DNA of 64,000 nucleotides, taken from IMG/VR virus record IMGVR_UViG_3300008259_000020, positions 34,991-98,990 of that record; one strand, 5' to 3'. The DNA comes from a virus (taxonomy: Duplodnaviria; Heunggongvirae; Uroviricota; Caudoviricetes). Below the pieces are notes generated by a model, which was not told the origin of the DNA, made no database searches, and saw only the letters and a program-made list of their open reading frames with translations. Both the position numbers and the translations under genes were made by a program. Below, one piece after another: positions 9,257 through 19,753 of this stretch (positions within the stretch are counted from its first letter, which is position 1; each line of letters opens with the position of its first letter).

Positions 9257-12200
9257 TATACTCTTCCTACTACTACTTCAACAACGCCTCTAACATCGTC
9301 TAACTTGTTAGAAACTGCTTTACCTATTACAGTACCAACACGAGGATCATTGTCAACTATGCCGTATCCTGGTATTGCACTTGTAACAATCAAGTCACCT
9401 TTTTGTACCTTGCCAAGAACCTTAACTGGTACACGCCCTTGCAGTGCAACCCCAGTTACAAAATCGCCTTCTAATGCACTGTTCATCAAGTGCGCTGGAT
9501 TGGTTGTAACAACACCTGCTACACGTCGATCGCCCTTAACATTGGTTACAGTAACTTCTTGTTCGCCACCAAACACCAGTACAGTACCGGGTTCGTATGC
9601 TACGTCAGAAAGATAGTTTTCTGCCAAGTCAGCATACAATGCTTCTGTAGCAGTACCGTTGAATGTTGTAGCATAAACAGTATTCCAACGTCTTGTACTT
9701 AGACCCAGCATCTGTCCGCTGTCTGTTGGACTGTTTAACCCAGGTATAATATTACCACCCATAGTAAGTATACCAGCAACAGTAACGTTATTAGGAAGAC
9801 CTATAGTAACTGTTCCACCTGCTTGTGCTACTGTGGTTTCGTTTGCAGTTGCAGCAAATGTCAGTGTTCCTCCTAGAGCGATACTACTTGCTGTAGTGCC
9901 ATCTGTTACAGAAATGCTGCTGTTTGCAAGTTTGCTATTTGCAATTCCGCTTGTTAGTATTGATATCCATCCACTGCTAGCAGTAAATTCTGCACTGTTA
10001 AAACTAGCAAGACCTCTATCGCCTTGTGTGATTCCAGTTGCGTTTGCTCTAGTTGTGGCAGCGTTCATACTCAATTTACTTTGAGCAATTGCTGCTGATG
10101 CACTTACATCAGCATTAACAATAGATCCTGAGTTGTATTGTGCGCTTAATACACCTGCAGAATAAGTAAATGTAACGTCGCTAACCAACGGATCTGAAGA
10201 AAATGCTTCGTTGGTCCACTTGCTAGTAGATCCGTTATAAACTAAAATCTCAGCATTTGCAGGAGTTACAATTGCAACATCGTCTAGTTCTGACAATTCA
10301 TCTTGTGCTGCTAGTAATCCATCAACATAATTTTTATTAACAGCATCTGTTCCAGCAGTCGGGGATCCTAGGTTAGTAATTTGATTACCACCCATACTTA
10401 GATTGCCAGTCATAGTATCGCCGGCTTTTCTAATAGCGCCGCCGCCGATGATGTCTCCTAATAGTAGTGCATCACCGTCTCTGTCCCATCCTAAACGTTT
10501 GTTAATGTAACCTTCGACTGCGGTTTCAGTAGGTACACTATCGCCAGTTGCGTTAGTAAATGTAGTATCTGGTGAAAACTCGTTAACTCTAACACCACGT
10601 TTGAAACCAATACCGTCGATGTTTGTTAGAACAAGTGCAGCGTTAAATGTAACACGACCGGTGCCTTGGTCAACTGTAAAGAATCTACCTACACGGAAGA
10701 AACCGTCTTGGTCAGTACTTGCAAAGAACACACGTCCTCTTACACGTTCTTGTACCTGTGCTTTGGTATTGAATCCGTTGCTATCCACTGCTTGTTCGTC
10801 AGTTACTGCGGCTTCAATTGGTGCACCGTAAATTCTATCAGGATAGTTAGAAGTGTTGTATCCACCAGTACCGATATCCAGGAAGTCATGACTTGTTGCA
10901 CGAGTAGTACTGATATTAACAGTGATATTGGCAGTTGCCCCAGTATCTAAACCTGCTTTGAGTGTGATATTGTCACCTATTGAACTGTCTGCTCTTACAG
11001 CAATACCTGTTCCAACATACGTAGGGTGAATACTGTACACATCAGTAAATGTAATAATACCTAGAGTATCACCGTTTAATCCAGATGTTCCGCTGGTATC
11101 AACAATTTCAGAATAACCTGTAATTTCAAACTGTTTGCCGCCCCAAGTAAATACCATTCCTAGTATTCTTGTTTTATCAACAGTATCGAGTCTTGCAATT
11201 ACAATATTAAGATCTCCTACTGTTCTTCCAAGTGTAGTTCCACCTGTAGGAGCAGTTCCTATAGTGCTGCTAACTGTGTAGTTTACACCTAAGTTGTAAC
11301 TGGCTCTATCATTGTCCACATTCAAGTCAATGTAAGAAAAGTTATCATCAACACCAACAACTGCCTGTGTACCAACAACCGGAATACCACTAACAATTGT
11401 ATTTTCAAATGCAATTGTTCTGTATGTATAAACTGGATACTCGTTAAATATAAAAGCAGTACTAGGTCTTGTTAGAACGTCTGAAGTGATTCCGTTTACA
11501 TAGAAGTTTTGTTTTGCACGATAAACTGCCAACGTGCCAAACCCAGTAAGTTCTTGGATACCAGTGTCTGCGGTTGCAACACCACTGGTTAGATCAAGTC
11601 TCCATATTTTTGCACGAATAGTACTTGTACTGTCGCACAATGAACTTACAAGGTTTGATGGAATTTCTAATCCTGTATCGGTAACGCTTACAACTTCGTA
11701 AGGTTGATACAATCCAGTGGTATGAAGAATTTCAATTTCGCTGGCATTTAGCGGATAGTCGGTTAAGTCGTAAACATAAACAGCAACATCGTTTTCATTT
11801 GCAGTAAAGTTTCTATTTACAACTGTATATGGTGCAGTTCCTAGAGCAGTGCTGCCGCCTTCAACTATTTGATCACTAGCATTAAAACTACCACCGGTTA
11901 TGTTTTCAATATACAGTATGGTATTGCCGCCCACTACATCAAAAAATGCCAATTGACCTGTAACTGTTCCAGTTACTTGATCTTGCTTGATATTTTCGCC
12001 AGCAGTGAGCAATGCACTTACATCGCCTGTTACTGTTACTTCTTGTTCAACTACATATATTTTTGCAGGCTGTACAAGAGGCTGTACAAGACTTGCTACT
12101 CTTGAAACTTCGTCAGGATCGCTGCCTTCTGCAACCATACCAAACGTACCGTAACTGTTGTTACCAGTTAGTGATCGTATCTGCGAACCGTTGCGTGAAT

Positions 12201-14844
12201 AATAACCTGTGTGACAATAATAAGTAAACACACTTACAAGTTCTGATAATGCGTTGTTTGTTGCAATTACACCATAACCTAAATCATTGATTTGTGTGTA
12301 GTCGTTTGCAAGCATACTCTTGTTACCAGAACCCTGGAGAACAGTATCTATTTCCCCAAGAGCACTATCAACCATGTTGTCTAAACCAATGCCGTTGTTG
12401 CTGGTTTCATCAAGGATAAGTGTCGCTGTAGCAAGACCAGCACCGTCGTTGGGCACATAATTGGCAATTGCATTAACTTGATATCTTGCACCATTAATAA
12501 AGAACGAACACGGAGTTCTAGGTTTTCTAATACCAAGTCCACTTGTTGCAGGTGCTTCGATTTGTAGTGTAAAGTTGTCGTCTTTGTCTACAATAGTAAT
12601 TGGCATGTTGTAAACATAACCGTCAATAAACATACCACCGCGGAATGCCTTGCGATTCAAACTTCCGCTAAAACTAGTACAAGTTTGTGCATATGGTGAT
12701 CTAGTTAAAATACTACCAGTTGGATCCAACGCCATCATAAATCCACCATGACGTTGACCAGTAATATTACGTAACAGTGTGGCGTCGTTCATTAAGAAGA
12801 CATCCATTTCGTTGTTGTTCTTTGGCGTACTATTTGGGTTACTTGGATCTGTTAGATAGTGATAACCATAATAACCAATTGTTGAACTGTCACTAGGATC
12901 AACATGCATATCGCCGCCTGTTGCAGTAGTTAACCCGTCGATTGTAGCATCTCTATAGAAATAAGTTCTAGCATGTATCGAAGTCGACACACCTGCTGCT
13001 GGACGAATAATCACACGACGGAATTCATCACCCTTGATAGATACGTTTTCAGGAACACGTATTGGTAGTTGTTCATCGTAAATTCCAGATTCGACTCTGA
13101 TTGCAATTTGATCTCTTTTTACAAAGTTTGCATATTCAAGTTCTTCATTGGCAACAAATTCTTTGGTGTCAACTAATTGAAGTTGCACAGTATCATATGT
13201 TGGTGCACCAACAGTATCGGCACCTCTTTGATAAGTTACAACCTGTCCAACTGCACCAGATGTTTTACCTCTAATTAACTTTCCTGGAATAATGTCGACA
13301 TTTGGGTTAGCAATACTTGGATTTCCTGACTGTGTGGTGTACTTGTCAGGACCACTGAATACAAAGATAGTATAATAGTTTGATGATTCAACTAAACTTG
13401 GGTCAGCAACTGCTGGGTTAATCATTGCAAGAACATCATCAAATCTGTTTGATGCTGCTGTATACCAAGGATTTGATATAGTTCCTAGTGCAGTTGCAAT
13501 TTCAGCAAGCATTCTTGTTTTCGCTCTTTGTATTGCATATGCAGTTTCAGTATATTGACCTTGACTGCTAATTGCAAATTCAGCACTTGGATTCGAAAAG
13601 TATCTTAAACCTGCGTAGCGTGATAGATAATTATGTTTTATCAATCCTGTGCTTGCACCAATATCGAGTTTGATAGAATCTAAAATTAAACCTAGATCTC
13701 TGCGGCAAATAGACTCTGTATAGATAAATGTAGGATATTCATCGGCAATATCAGCAATTACATCATCAATAATACCAGACTTTTCCAGTGCAATAGTATC
13801 GTAAACTGTTTCCTGATCGCCACTGATTGAATATCCAAACGGATTACCAGATGTGTCTGTAGCAACAATATACGAAGTTGGTTCATCTAAACCATCTGTG
13901 TATGTAATATCCATAACATATGGTCCAAGGTCGACTGGCGATGCTTCTTGAATTCTTTCTGCTTTAGCACAAGCCGCAGCAATACTTGCAAATGAGTATG
14001 CTTCACTTCTGCCTTGTTTTCCGGGCGGGGTAGTTAATTGGTCATCACTGCCATTTTTAGTAACAAACAAATTAACAGTTGACGAATACGATGTACTGTC
14101 TACATAAAACTTTGTTGCTGCTTGGAGATCTGCGGTACTGTTTGGAGTACCAAAACCCTGGAATGGAAATGGATGGTCCGAAAGTGTTAGAGCACCGGTC
14201 ATAGTGTCCCCAGACTTCTTTACCACTTCTTGTACACGAGGTACTTGTGTACCACTTGCGCCTGCAGGAACATTTAATGCTCCGGTCATAGTATCGCCGG
14301 TAACATTTATATATTTGTTATCTGCATATCCTTTGGTTATTACTAGATTTGCGGTAGTAATAGGATCTCCAGGATGTGCAGCGTTCCAGTCTGTTACAAG
14401 AGTGCCAATTGTGGCATCGTTTGTTAACAAGTTTTGTGTTGTATTATTATATGCTGCTACAGAACCTAATTGTAATGGATTGGTAGTTTCTGGTGACGGA
14501 TCGTCTGCAAGTTTGGTATTAACTGCACGGACAACAAGTTTATTGTCAACAACGTTAAATGCTATGGTGTTGGCGGTATCCAACGGATTGTTTGTTCCTG
14601 CATCAGAAACTAAATCATAAAAGTCAACTCCTGTGCCATCTTGTTTAACTAAAACAACTTTGCCTTCGTTACCCAAGTAGGTATCTGGTGTATCGTTTAG
14701 TGTTGTAAATCCAATTTGACCACCTAGACCAAAAACTGCATAAAGTTCGCCGAAGTTTTCATTTACTTTGCGAAACGACTCACGAATACTGTCGCCTGTG
14801 CCGTCATTGCCCTCTACGCCGATATTGACTTCTTGTTTTGCCAT
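9256..14844 (-). CDS. giant tail-fibre/tailspike protein (1862 aa), beta-helix-like
   Basis: N-terminus MAKQEVNIGVEGNDGTGDSIRESFRKVNENFGELY. Duplicated GDTMTGAL fibre motif. Long Gly/Asn/Thr-rich parallel-beta-like middle. Distinct C-terminal ~120 aa (LYADLAENY...) that may be a chaperone-like module; I could not confirm that. Confidence 0.6.
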   Translation of the reverse strand: MAKQEVNIGVEGNDGTGDSIRESFRKVNENFGELYAVFGLGGQIGFTTLNDTPDTYLGNEGKVVLVKQDGTGVDFYDLVSDAGTNNPLDTANTIAFNVVDNKLVVRAVNTKLADDPSPETTNPLQLGSVAAYNNTTQNLLTNDATIGTLVTDWNAAHPGDPITTANLVITKGYADNKYINVTGDTMTGALNVPAGASGTQVPRVQEVVKKSGDTMTGALTLSDHPFPFQGFGTPNSTADLQAATKFYVDSTSYSSTVNLFVTKNGSDDQLTTPPGKQGRSEAYSFASIAAACAKAERIQEASPVDLGPYVMDITYTDGLDEPTSYIVATDTSGNPFGYSISGDQETVYDTIALEKSGIIDDVIADIADEYPTFIYTESICRRDLGLILDSIKLDIGASTGLIKHNYLSRYAGLRYFSNPSAEFAISSQGQYTETAYAIQRAKTRMLAEIATALGTISNPWYTAASNRFDDVLAMINPAVADPSLVESSNYYTIFVFSGPDKYTTQSGNPSIANPNVDIIPGKLIRGKTSGAVGQVVTYQRGADTVGAPTYDTVQLQLVDTKEFVANEELEYANFVKRDQIAIRVESGIYDEQLPIRVPENVSIKGDEFRRVIIRPAAGVSTSIHARTYFYRDATIDGLTTATGGDMHVDPSDSSTIGYYGYHYLTDPSNPNSTPKNNNEMDVFLMNDATLLRNITGQRHGGFMMALDPTGSILTRSPYAQTCTSFSGSLNRKAFRGGMFIDGYVYNMPITIVDKDDNFTLQIEAPATSGLGIRKPRTPCSFFINGARYQVNAIANYVPNDGAGLATATLILDETSNNGIGLDNMVDSALGEIDTVLQGSGNKSMLANDYTQINDLGYGVIATNNALSELVSVFTYYCHTGYYSRNGSQIRSLTGNNSYGTFGMVAEGSDPDEVSRVASLVQPLVQPAKIYVVEQEVTVTGDVSALLTAGENIKQDQVTGTVTGQLAFFDVVGGNTILYIENITGGSFNASDQIVEGGSTALGTAPYTVVNRNFTANENDVAVYVYDLTDYPLNASEIEILHTTGLYQPYEVVSVTDTGLEIPSNLVSSLCDSTSTIRAKIWRLDLTSGVATADTGIQELTGFGTLAVYRAKQNFYVNGITSDVLTRPSTAFIFNEYPVYTYRTIAFENTIVSGIPVVGTQAVVGVDDNFSYIDLNVDNDRASYNLGVNYTVSSTIGTAPTGGTTLGRTVGDLNIVIARLDTVDKTRILGMVFTWGGKQFEITGYSEIVDTSGTSGLNGDTLGIITFTDVYSIHPTYVGTGIAVRADSSIGDNITLKAGLDTGATANITVNISTTRATSHDFLDIGTGGYNTSNYPDRIYGAPIEAAVTDEQAVDSNGFNTKAQVQERVRGRVFFASTDQDGFFRVGRFFTVDQGTGRVTFNAALVLTNIDGIGFKRGVRVNEFSPDTTFTNATGDSVPTETAVEGYINKRLGWDRDGDALLLGDIIGGGAIRKAGDTMTGNLSMGGNQITNLGSPTAGTDAVNKNYVDGLLAAQDELSELDDVAIVTPANAEILVYNGSTSKWTNEAFSSDPLVSDVTFTYSAGVLSAQYNSGSIVNADVSASAAIAQSKLSMNAATTRANATGITQGDRGLASFNSAEFTASSGWISILTSGIANSKLANSSISVTDGTTASSIALGGTLTFAATANETTVAQAGGTVTIGLPNNVTVAGILTMGGNIIPGLNSPTDSGQMLGLSTRRWNTVYATTFNGTATEALYADLAENYLSDVAYEPGTVLVFGGEQEVTVTNVKGDRRVAGVVTTNPAHLMNSALEGDFVTGVALQGRVPVKVLGKVQKGDLIVTSAIPGYGIVDNDPRVGTVIGKAVSNKLDDVRGVVEVVVGRV

Positions 14845-14856
14845 ATTTCTACTCCA

Positions 14857-15222
14857 TTAAATAGCAGGTACTGCTAATTTATCCATATCAAAATTTACAC
14901 TCACACCACAACCACAACTGCTCTTGGCATTTGGATTGCGAATTTCAAAATTGCTGCCTACTAGACTGCGAATGTAATCTACTTCAGTTCCTATTAAAAA
15001 CATAAGGCTGTGTGAGCCTACTACAAATCTACCAGCGTTATCTGTGTGTATAACAACGTCGTTGGGTTCTAGATCTGACGGATGTGCTACAGTTCCCCAA
15101 TCATATTCAAACCCTGCACAGCCACCACCACGTAGATTCAAACTAATTGCATAGCAATTGTTTTCCTTGCATAGCATATCGATTTGTTTTTTAGCAGATT
15201 CTGTAAGAGTGCAAACTTCCAT
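14857..15222 (-). CDS. IscA/HesB-type iron-sulfur cluster insertion protein
   Basis: ...LRGGGCAGFEYDW...SCGCG... matches the HesB/IscA family signature. Confidence 0.7.
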   Translation of the reverse strand: MEVCTLTESAKKQIDMLCKENNCYAISLNLRGGGCAGFEYDWGTVAHPSDLEPNDVVIHTDNAGRFVVGSHSLMFLIGTEVDYIRSLVGSNFEIRNPNAKSSCGCGVSVNFDMDKLAVPAI

Positions 15223-15283
15223 AACATTCCCTTTCTAATATTTATAGGTATTTTTTATAATCTTAATGTAACTAAATACATAT

Positions 15284-15571
15284 ATGTTTATCAAACAAAG
15301 CATAGTCGAAACCTCACACGTGAGAAAAAGCAAGTCCGGTGTTGAACATACCTACACACGCAAGAAAACTGTTGTTCACTTTAGATGTGATAACTGCGGT
15401 GAAGAATTCACACGTGAAAGAGGATCTATGGATCCCAAGCGATTAAGCAATAATTATTTTCACGTATGTTCTGAGTGCGATATAAAAAAATTCGCCCAAC
15501 GCAAGGGCGTTGAGCGTAAACGTGTATGGACATTAAATGCCAGTTCAGATTTGCCTATTAGCAAACTTTAA
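15284..15571 (+). CDS. zinc-ribbon protein (95 aa)
   Basis: CDNCG...CSECD pairs. One of the few plus-strand genes. An AT-rich TATAAT-containing region lies upstream. Confidence 0.45.
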   Translation: MFIKQSIVETSHVRKSKSGVEHTYTRKKTVVHFRCDNCGEEFTRERGSMDPKRLSNNYFHVCSECDIKKFAQRKGVERKRVWTLNASSDLPISKL

Positions 15572-15894
15572 TCAGAACGTCTATTAAATGCTTGTATTGC
15601 TGTTTTGCGTTCGTTGCTTTCAATTCGTAGTTTACGTTCTAATGTGGCTAGTCTAGCATCTTGCTCTCTAACCTTCTGTTCAAGACTTTGAACATACTTT
15701 TGTGTAGGCACACTACGTTCGACACCATCTTCGCCGAGTATAGAATAGTGGTCAGCGCCTTGTCCGCGCAAACCACCTAGTACACGATTGGTGTTTTTTG
15801 TTTCCTGTGACGGTCTGTTGCCGCCATACATGCGATTTAAATAACTCATACAGTATTTATTTTTTAGACTGTTCAAACAACTCAATAGAGGCAA
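15568..15894 (-). CDS. hypothetical protein (108 aa)
   Basis: ORF flanked by neighbouring genes. Confidence 0.35.
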   Translation of the reverse strand: MPLLSCLNSLKNKYCMSYLNRMYGGNRPSQETKNTNRVLGGLRGQGADHYSILGEDGVERSVPTQKYVQSLEQKVREQDARLATLERKLRIESNERKTAIQAFNRRSD

Positions 15895-16927
15895 GATTTT
15901 TGCACTTTGCCTCTACCATAATGTCTGCCCACGTCCAATGACTCAATGCCCAATCATTACATGCTGTATTCCAACAATAATCACTGTGTGCTCTTAGTTT
16001 GGCTTTTTTGTATCCACTTTCGAGCAGTGTTGCCATGTCTGGTCGTACACTTGTATCAAAATTCTGTAATACATCTTCACGGCTAATGCTATAATGCATA
16101 GCAGGACGTACACCGCGCCAACTATCAACAATGCGTTCAATACGACTGTCATCGGGCTCGATGTATTCACCTGTCTTGACCCAATGGTGATGAATGTCCA
16201 GCACCAATGCTACATGATCAGCAAGTTCTAGGCTTGCGTCGAGTCCCCAGGAGTTTTCGTCGTTTTCGATAGTAATACAGTTTCTTGCCTCTGGAGACAG
16301 TCTTGGAAGTACGTCGATGATACCGGCTGGACCTTTTCTACCGGAGATGTGGACGTTACACTTGAAGTCTTGCCAACTCTTACCGTAGCCCATCCACCTG
16401 ATGAGATTCGCATGATATTCAAACTCCTCAATACTACGTTCTACAATTTCCGGATTCTCACTGGCCAACACAGTAAACTGACCAGGATGCATACTGACTC
16501 TTACATCCAATGCTCTAGCAGTTTCGCCAACCATTCCGTAGTGTTTTTCGCAGTATGCAACTACGTCTGGCTTGCCCCAAAAATAACTCCAACTGGCCTC
16601 AGTAGCACAAGGAAGTTGATTACTACCCAGTCGCACCATTCTAAGTTCAGGAGCCAAACTGCCTACATATTCCACTAGCCGTTTTGCTGCGTCAGCGTTA
16701 TGTTCCATGATGTCCCAAAGACGTTGTTCAGCAACATCACGAGTTTGTCTGTTGAGCCATGCAACAGTTGTGCATTTTTCTGTTAAAGGACGTTGTAATT
16801 CTTCAAGCAATTTAGGCTTGAGTGTTTGATCCTCATGAAGATATTTACAAGCAAATCCTATACGTTTGTGCATTCTAGTTCCTCTCGCCAAACAATAATG
16901 TTGGCAGTATACTCTGTTACATTCCAA
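15857..16927 (-). CDS. uvdE: UV-damage endonuclease (UvdE family, TIM barrel)
   Basis: RIGFACKYL (UvdE N-terminal box), ITIENDENSW (ENDE/ENDD box) and VLDIHHHWV (DxHHH box). The true start may be the internal MHKRIG. Confidence 0.6.
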   Translation of the reverse strand: MECNRVYCQHYCLARGTRMHKRIGFACKYLHEDQTLKPKLLEELQRPLTEKCTTVAWLNRQTRDVAEQRLWDIMEHNADAAKRLVEYVGSLAPELRMVRLGSNQLPCATEASWSYFWGKPDVVAYCEKHYGMVGETARALDVRVSMHPGQFTVLASENPEIVERSIEEFEYHANLIRWMGYGKSWQDFKCNVHISGRKGPAGIIDVLPRLSPEARNCITIENDENSWGLDASLELADHVALVLDIHHHWVKTGEYIEPDDSRIERIVDSWRGVRPAMHYSISREDVLQNFDTSVRPDMATLLESGYKKAKLRAHSDYCWNTACNDWALSHWTWADIMVEAKCKNLASIELFEQSKK

Positions 16928-17071
16928 TTGTTAGGATCGCCAAATTTTGAACGAGTTCTAATCAATACTTCATCTTTGGTCTCGCCGTACTCGTAGCCGA
17001 GGAACGTAAGACCTGCATATATCATGTATGTTCTTATCATGCTTTCACTATATGCGACTTCTCTAGTTTTG

Positions 17072-17959
17072 TCAATACCAATTTGATCTAGGCCAGTTAT
17101 CAACGCAATCAGGTATGTTTGGTTCTCCGTGAAATACTGCAATATTTGTATTTTGTGAAATATTAGGAGTTCCGGATTTTGTAAAATTACGTTTACCGTT
17201 TACAAACCCTAATTCTTTACGACCGCGCATTTCCCATTTATAACTTTGTATCCAATCGTCCGGCCAAAACACATGGTCTGTAATAGATTTAAACATCCAG
17301 TCTTGATCACCTTGATATCTTGCAACATTTCTTTGTGTATTTTGTTTGAATTCTTGATAAGCCGCGTTGTAATGTCCTATTTTAAATCTAAAAACACTAC
17401 TGTTCATTCTGTCCCAGTTAGGACGTATTTGTCTATTAAAGTCTCTTATAATTACAAATGACTTTTCTGAACGATAAGCAAACAAATTATCAATGTTTCT
17501 AAAAACAATCAAGTCTAAATCTAAAAACAATGCTGTACCGTGTATGCCCAATTCATTGCTCAAAAACCAAGGCTTATACCACCAGCCACTAACTGGCAAC
17601 ACGGGCAACGGCATTGTTTTAATATGACTATCTATACCTTTGGAATTTTCAGTATAACATACAAATTCGTAGTCTATTGTAAGATTACGTTTAACCATGT
17701 TGTAAAGTTTGTTTACGTATTCAGGTCCGTATTTGTTACCCCATTTTAAACAAACCACATAGTTCTTGTTTGTAGATTGTTTGTATGCTTCGAGATAGCC
17801 TCTTACATAATCGGTTCGCTCAACAGTAGAAAGGCCCTGTTTTTCTAGGGCCTTTCTTGCTTTTCTTTCACTTTTGGATTCAGTCCACTGTTTCATCAAA
17901 CGACATCTTCTGTGTTGTGTAGGGTGTATAGATTGCACTGTTAGCACCGTGCTCTGCAC
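17072..17959 (-). CDS. putative GT-A fold glycosyltransferase (DxD)
   Basis: Nucleotide-sugar transferase-like segment YVVCLKWGNKYGPEYVNKLYNMVKRN and a LDLDLIV DxD motif. Start uncertain (overlaps 17880-18368). Confidence 0.4.
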   Translation of the reverse strand: MQSTVLTVQSIHPTQHRRCRLMKQWTESKSERKARKALEKQGLSTVERTDYVRGYLEAYKQSTNKNYVVCLKWGNKYGPEYVNKLYNMVKRNLTIDYEFVCYTENSKGIDSHIKTMPLPVLPVSGWWYKPWFLSNELGIHGTALFLDLDLIVFRNIDNLFAYRSEKSFVIIRDFNRQIRPNWDRMNSSVFRFKIGHYNAAYQEFKQNTQRNVARYQGDQDWMFKSITDHVFWPDDWIQSYKWEMRGRKELGFVNGKRNFTKSGTPNISQNTNIAVFHGEPNIPDCVDNWPRSNWY

Positions 17960-18368
17960 ATTCTACACTTTCACACCAGCAGCGTCCGTTGGTTTTTGCA
18001 CGAACTAGTTCGTCAGCAAACTTCCACGCATGATATGCAAAACGTTCTGCACCTACACCGTCAAACACACGGATCTCTGCTAGATCCAATGCTTCAAGTT
18101 CACGGAACTTCTCAATATGAGGATCGTCGACATCCAGTGCTACTTTATGATCAAAGTTGTCTTCAAGCCATGCTTTAAGCGGTTTAAGTCCACCAAAGTC
18201 TACTGCCCAGTTTTTGTTGTCTAGTTCACTGCATCCAAATGTAAATTTAAACTGTAAACTATAACCATGCAGCAAATGGCAATGTGAATGATCTGCGTTA
18301 GGTTGACGGAACACTGCACTCAAACCAATGTTGTGTCCGTATGTTTTTGTACTATAATATTTTCCCAT
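17880..18368 (-). CDS. queD: 6-pyruvoyl-tetrahydropterin synthase / QueD-like protein
   Basis: HSHCHLLHGYS (CxxxHGH-type zinc motif) and DFGGLKPLKAWLEDNFDHKVAL align with E. coli QueD. Start chosen at MGKYYS, which has an upstream GAGGAAAAATT Shine-Dalgarno; the ORF track extends to 18446. Confidence 0.65.
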   Translation of the reverse strand: MGKYYSTKTYGHNIGLSAVFRQPNADHSHCHLLHGYSLQFKFTFGCSELDNKNWAVDFGGLKPLKAWLEDNFDHKVALDVDDPHIEKFRELEALDLAEIRVFDGVGAERFAYHAWKFADELVRAKTNGRCWCESVECAEHGANSAIYTPYTTQKMSFDETVD

Positions 18369-18435
18369 AATTTTTCCTCGTTGGGTGAGGGGGCGGAATG
18401 TTTTAAGTGGGTCGATCCCTATATAGTCCACTGTA

Positions 18436-18753
18436 TTACTTATCATCGACTGATGTTAGTTGTTGAGAATCTAAAATAGCTCTACGCATGTCTTTGACTT
18501 CTTGAATAACTATTTCGATTTCATTAGTTGACTTGGTTAACACTTTTGCAAGATATATGATGTTTTTCATTGTCCACCACCACCAAGTAATTGCAGTTAC
18601 AATGTATAAACTCAATGCAATATAAAATAGAATCTGAAGTTCAACAACATCTAATCTATAAAATAATAGCAAAATTGCAGTCGAAACTATAGGAAGCATT
18701 ACGGCTGCACGATTCCACCAAATAATTTCTTTTTCAATTTTTTCTAAATCCAT
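18436..18753 (-). CDS. small membrane protein (105 aa, about 2 TM)
   Basis: Hydrophobic stretches AVMLPIVSTAILLLFY and YIALSLYIVTAITWWWW. Confidence 0.4.
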   Translation of the reverse strand: MDLEKIEKEIIWWNRAAVMLPIVSTAILLLFYRLDVVELQILFYIALSLYIVTAITWWWWTMKNIIYLAKVLTKSTNEIEIVIQEVKDMRRAILDSQQLTSVDDK

Positions 18754-18771
18754 TGTACAATATTTATTTTA

Positions 18772-19080
18772 CTACTGTTTCTCTAAATAGTCTACGTTTA
18801 TTACACGTTCATATACAAACGATCTCCAGCCGTTGGCATTAACGTCCCACACTGTAATAGTGCCAGGTTTGCCATCTTTTACACCCTTAGGATGATTTAC
18901 TTCAGGAATGTGCAATAGATTTTTTGTACAGGTCATTACACGTTCGTCACCATCTAATTTTTTGAAGGTGACTACAACTGTGTTTTCTTGTAAAACTTCA
19001 ACCAACTTTTCCTCTGTTGGAATATTTTTAATTTTTGCTATTGTATCTTTTACTATATTCGTCATAGAACATTTTTCCAA
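18772..19080 (-). CDS. hypothetical protein (102 aa)
   Basis: ORF with compact spacing. Confidence 0.35.
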   Translation of the reverse strand: MEKCSMTNIVKDTIAKIKNIPTEEKLVEVLQENTVVVTFKKLDGDERVMTCTKNLLHIPEVNHPKGVKDGKPGTITVWDVNANGWRSFVYERVINVDYLEKQ

Positions 19081-19753
19081 TTAACTTGTGTGTTTCGATT
19101 CCTGGGTGGCTTAGATCTCTAGCACTTTTGCAGTTACAAACTTCATAGTTATCTTCAAAATCAAGGTCAACAATTTCTATATTGTTTTCATAACAGATAT
19201 GTTTTATTGCTAACATATGCACTTGACGAAATTTATCAAGAGATTCATCGTTTAACAGATATTTTTTAATATTGTTAGAGTGGTCTGTCCACCATGCTAC
19301 CGGTGTCCATATAGACTCAACAGTATTGTAAACTTCGTATCTTTCTTTTGAAGGTATAAACATAAAAATTCTTTTTACTTTCATACCTTCGTTTAAAAGT
19401 CCAGTTAAAGATCTATAGCACCCTCCTAAACTGCCACCAGGTATACCTGCATTATAAAATGGTTCAGAGAAGTGCTTTTTTAAATGATTGTACCAAACAT
19501 CTTGTTCGTTAACTCCAATTCCAAACGTATTACTACAACCTAACGCCAAATTGTAGTAATCATCGGAGAAGTCTGCGTCATTTCTAAAACCATACTTGTC
19601 AGTTTTATACATTATATTCTTACCAGTCCATCCCAACTTTTTTAAAAGTTCAGGGTTTAATTTTAAGTTTTTTTTAAAATTTTCTCGTGAGTCGGACGGC
19701 AGCCAATCCGACTCGAAATTTGTAGGTAATTTATTGTTAAAATTTGTATTCAT
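19028..19753 (-). CDS. SGNH/GDSL-like hydrolase paralog 1
   Basis: GCSNTFG (nucleophile block) and DLSHPG (Asp-His block). Paralog of 26379-27092. Confidence 0.4.
   Translation of the reverse strand: MNTNFNNKLPTNFESDWLPSDSRENFKKNLKLNPELLKKLGWTGKNIMYKTDKYGFRNDADFSDDYYNLALGCSNTFGIGVNEQDVWYNHLKKHFSEPFYNAGIPGGSLGGCYRSLTGLLNEGMKVKRIFMFIPSKERYEVYNTVESIWTPVAWWTDHSNNIKKYLLNDESLDKFRQVHMLAIKHICYENNIEIVDLDFEDNYEVCNCKSARDLSHPGIETHKLIGKMFYDEYSKRYNSKN

Noticed and set aside
9256-9700. C-terminus of the 1862-aa fibre as a peptidase S74 intramolecular chaperone
   Set aside because: The segment (LYADLAENY...GTVLVFGGEQE) is distinct from the rest of the fibre, but it lacks the S-D-x-x-L-K cleavage box I would expect. 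I left it as an unassigned C-terminal module.
4832-14620. Short ORFs inside or antisense to the giant fibre genes (4832-5014, 5758-6021, 6495-6716, 6915-7202, 7483-7689, 9305-9616, 9490-9702, 9833-10084, 10601-10950, 11869-12227, 14204-14620)
   Set aside because: They are embedded in long, repeat-rich structural genes on the other strand or frame. Their composition is typical of antisense Gly/Thr/Asn codons.
16858-17142. 94-aa ORF overlapping both the uvdE start and the GT gene end
   Set aside because: Different frame from both neighbours and fully overlapped; more likely the GT gene simply ends near 17072 and uvdE starts at 16927 or at the internal MHKRIG.
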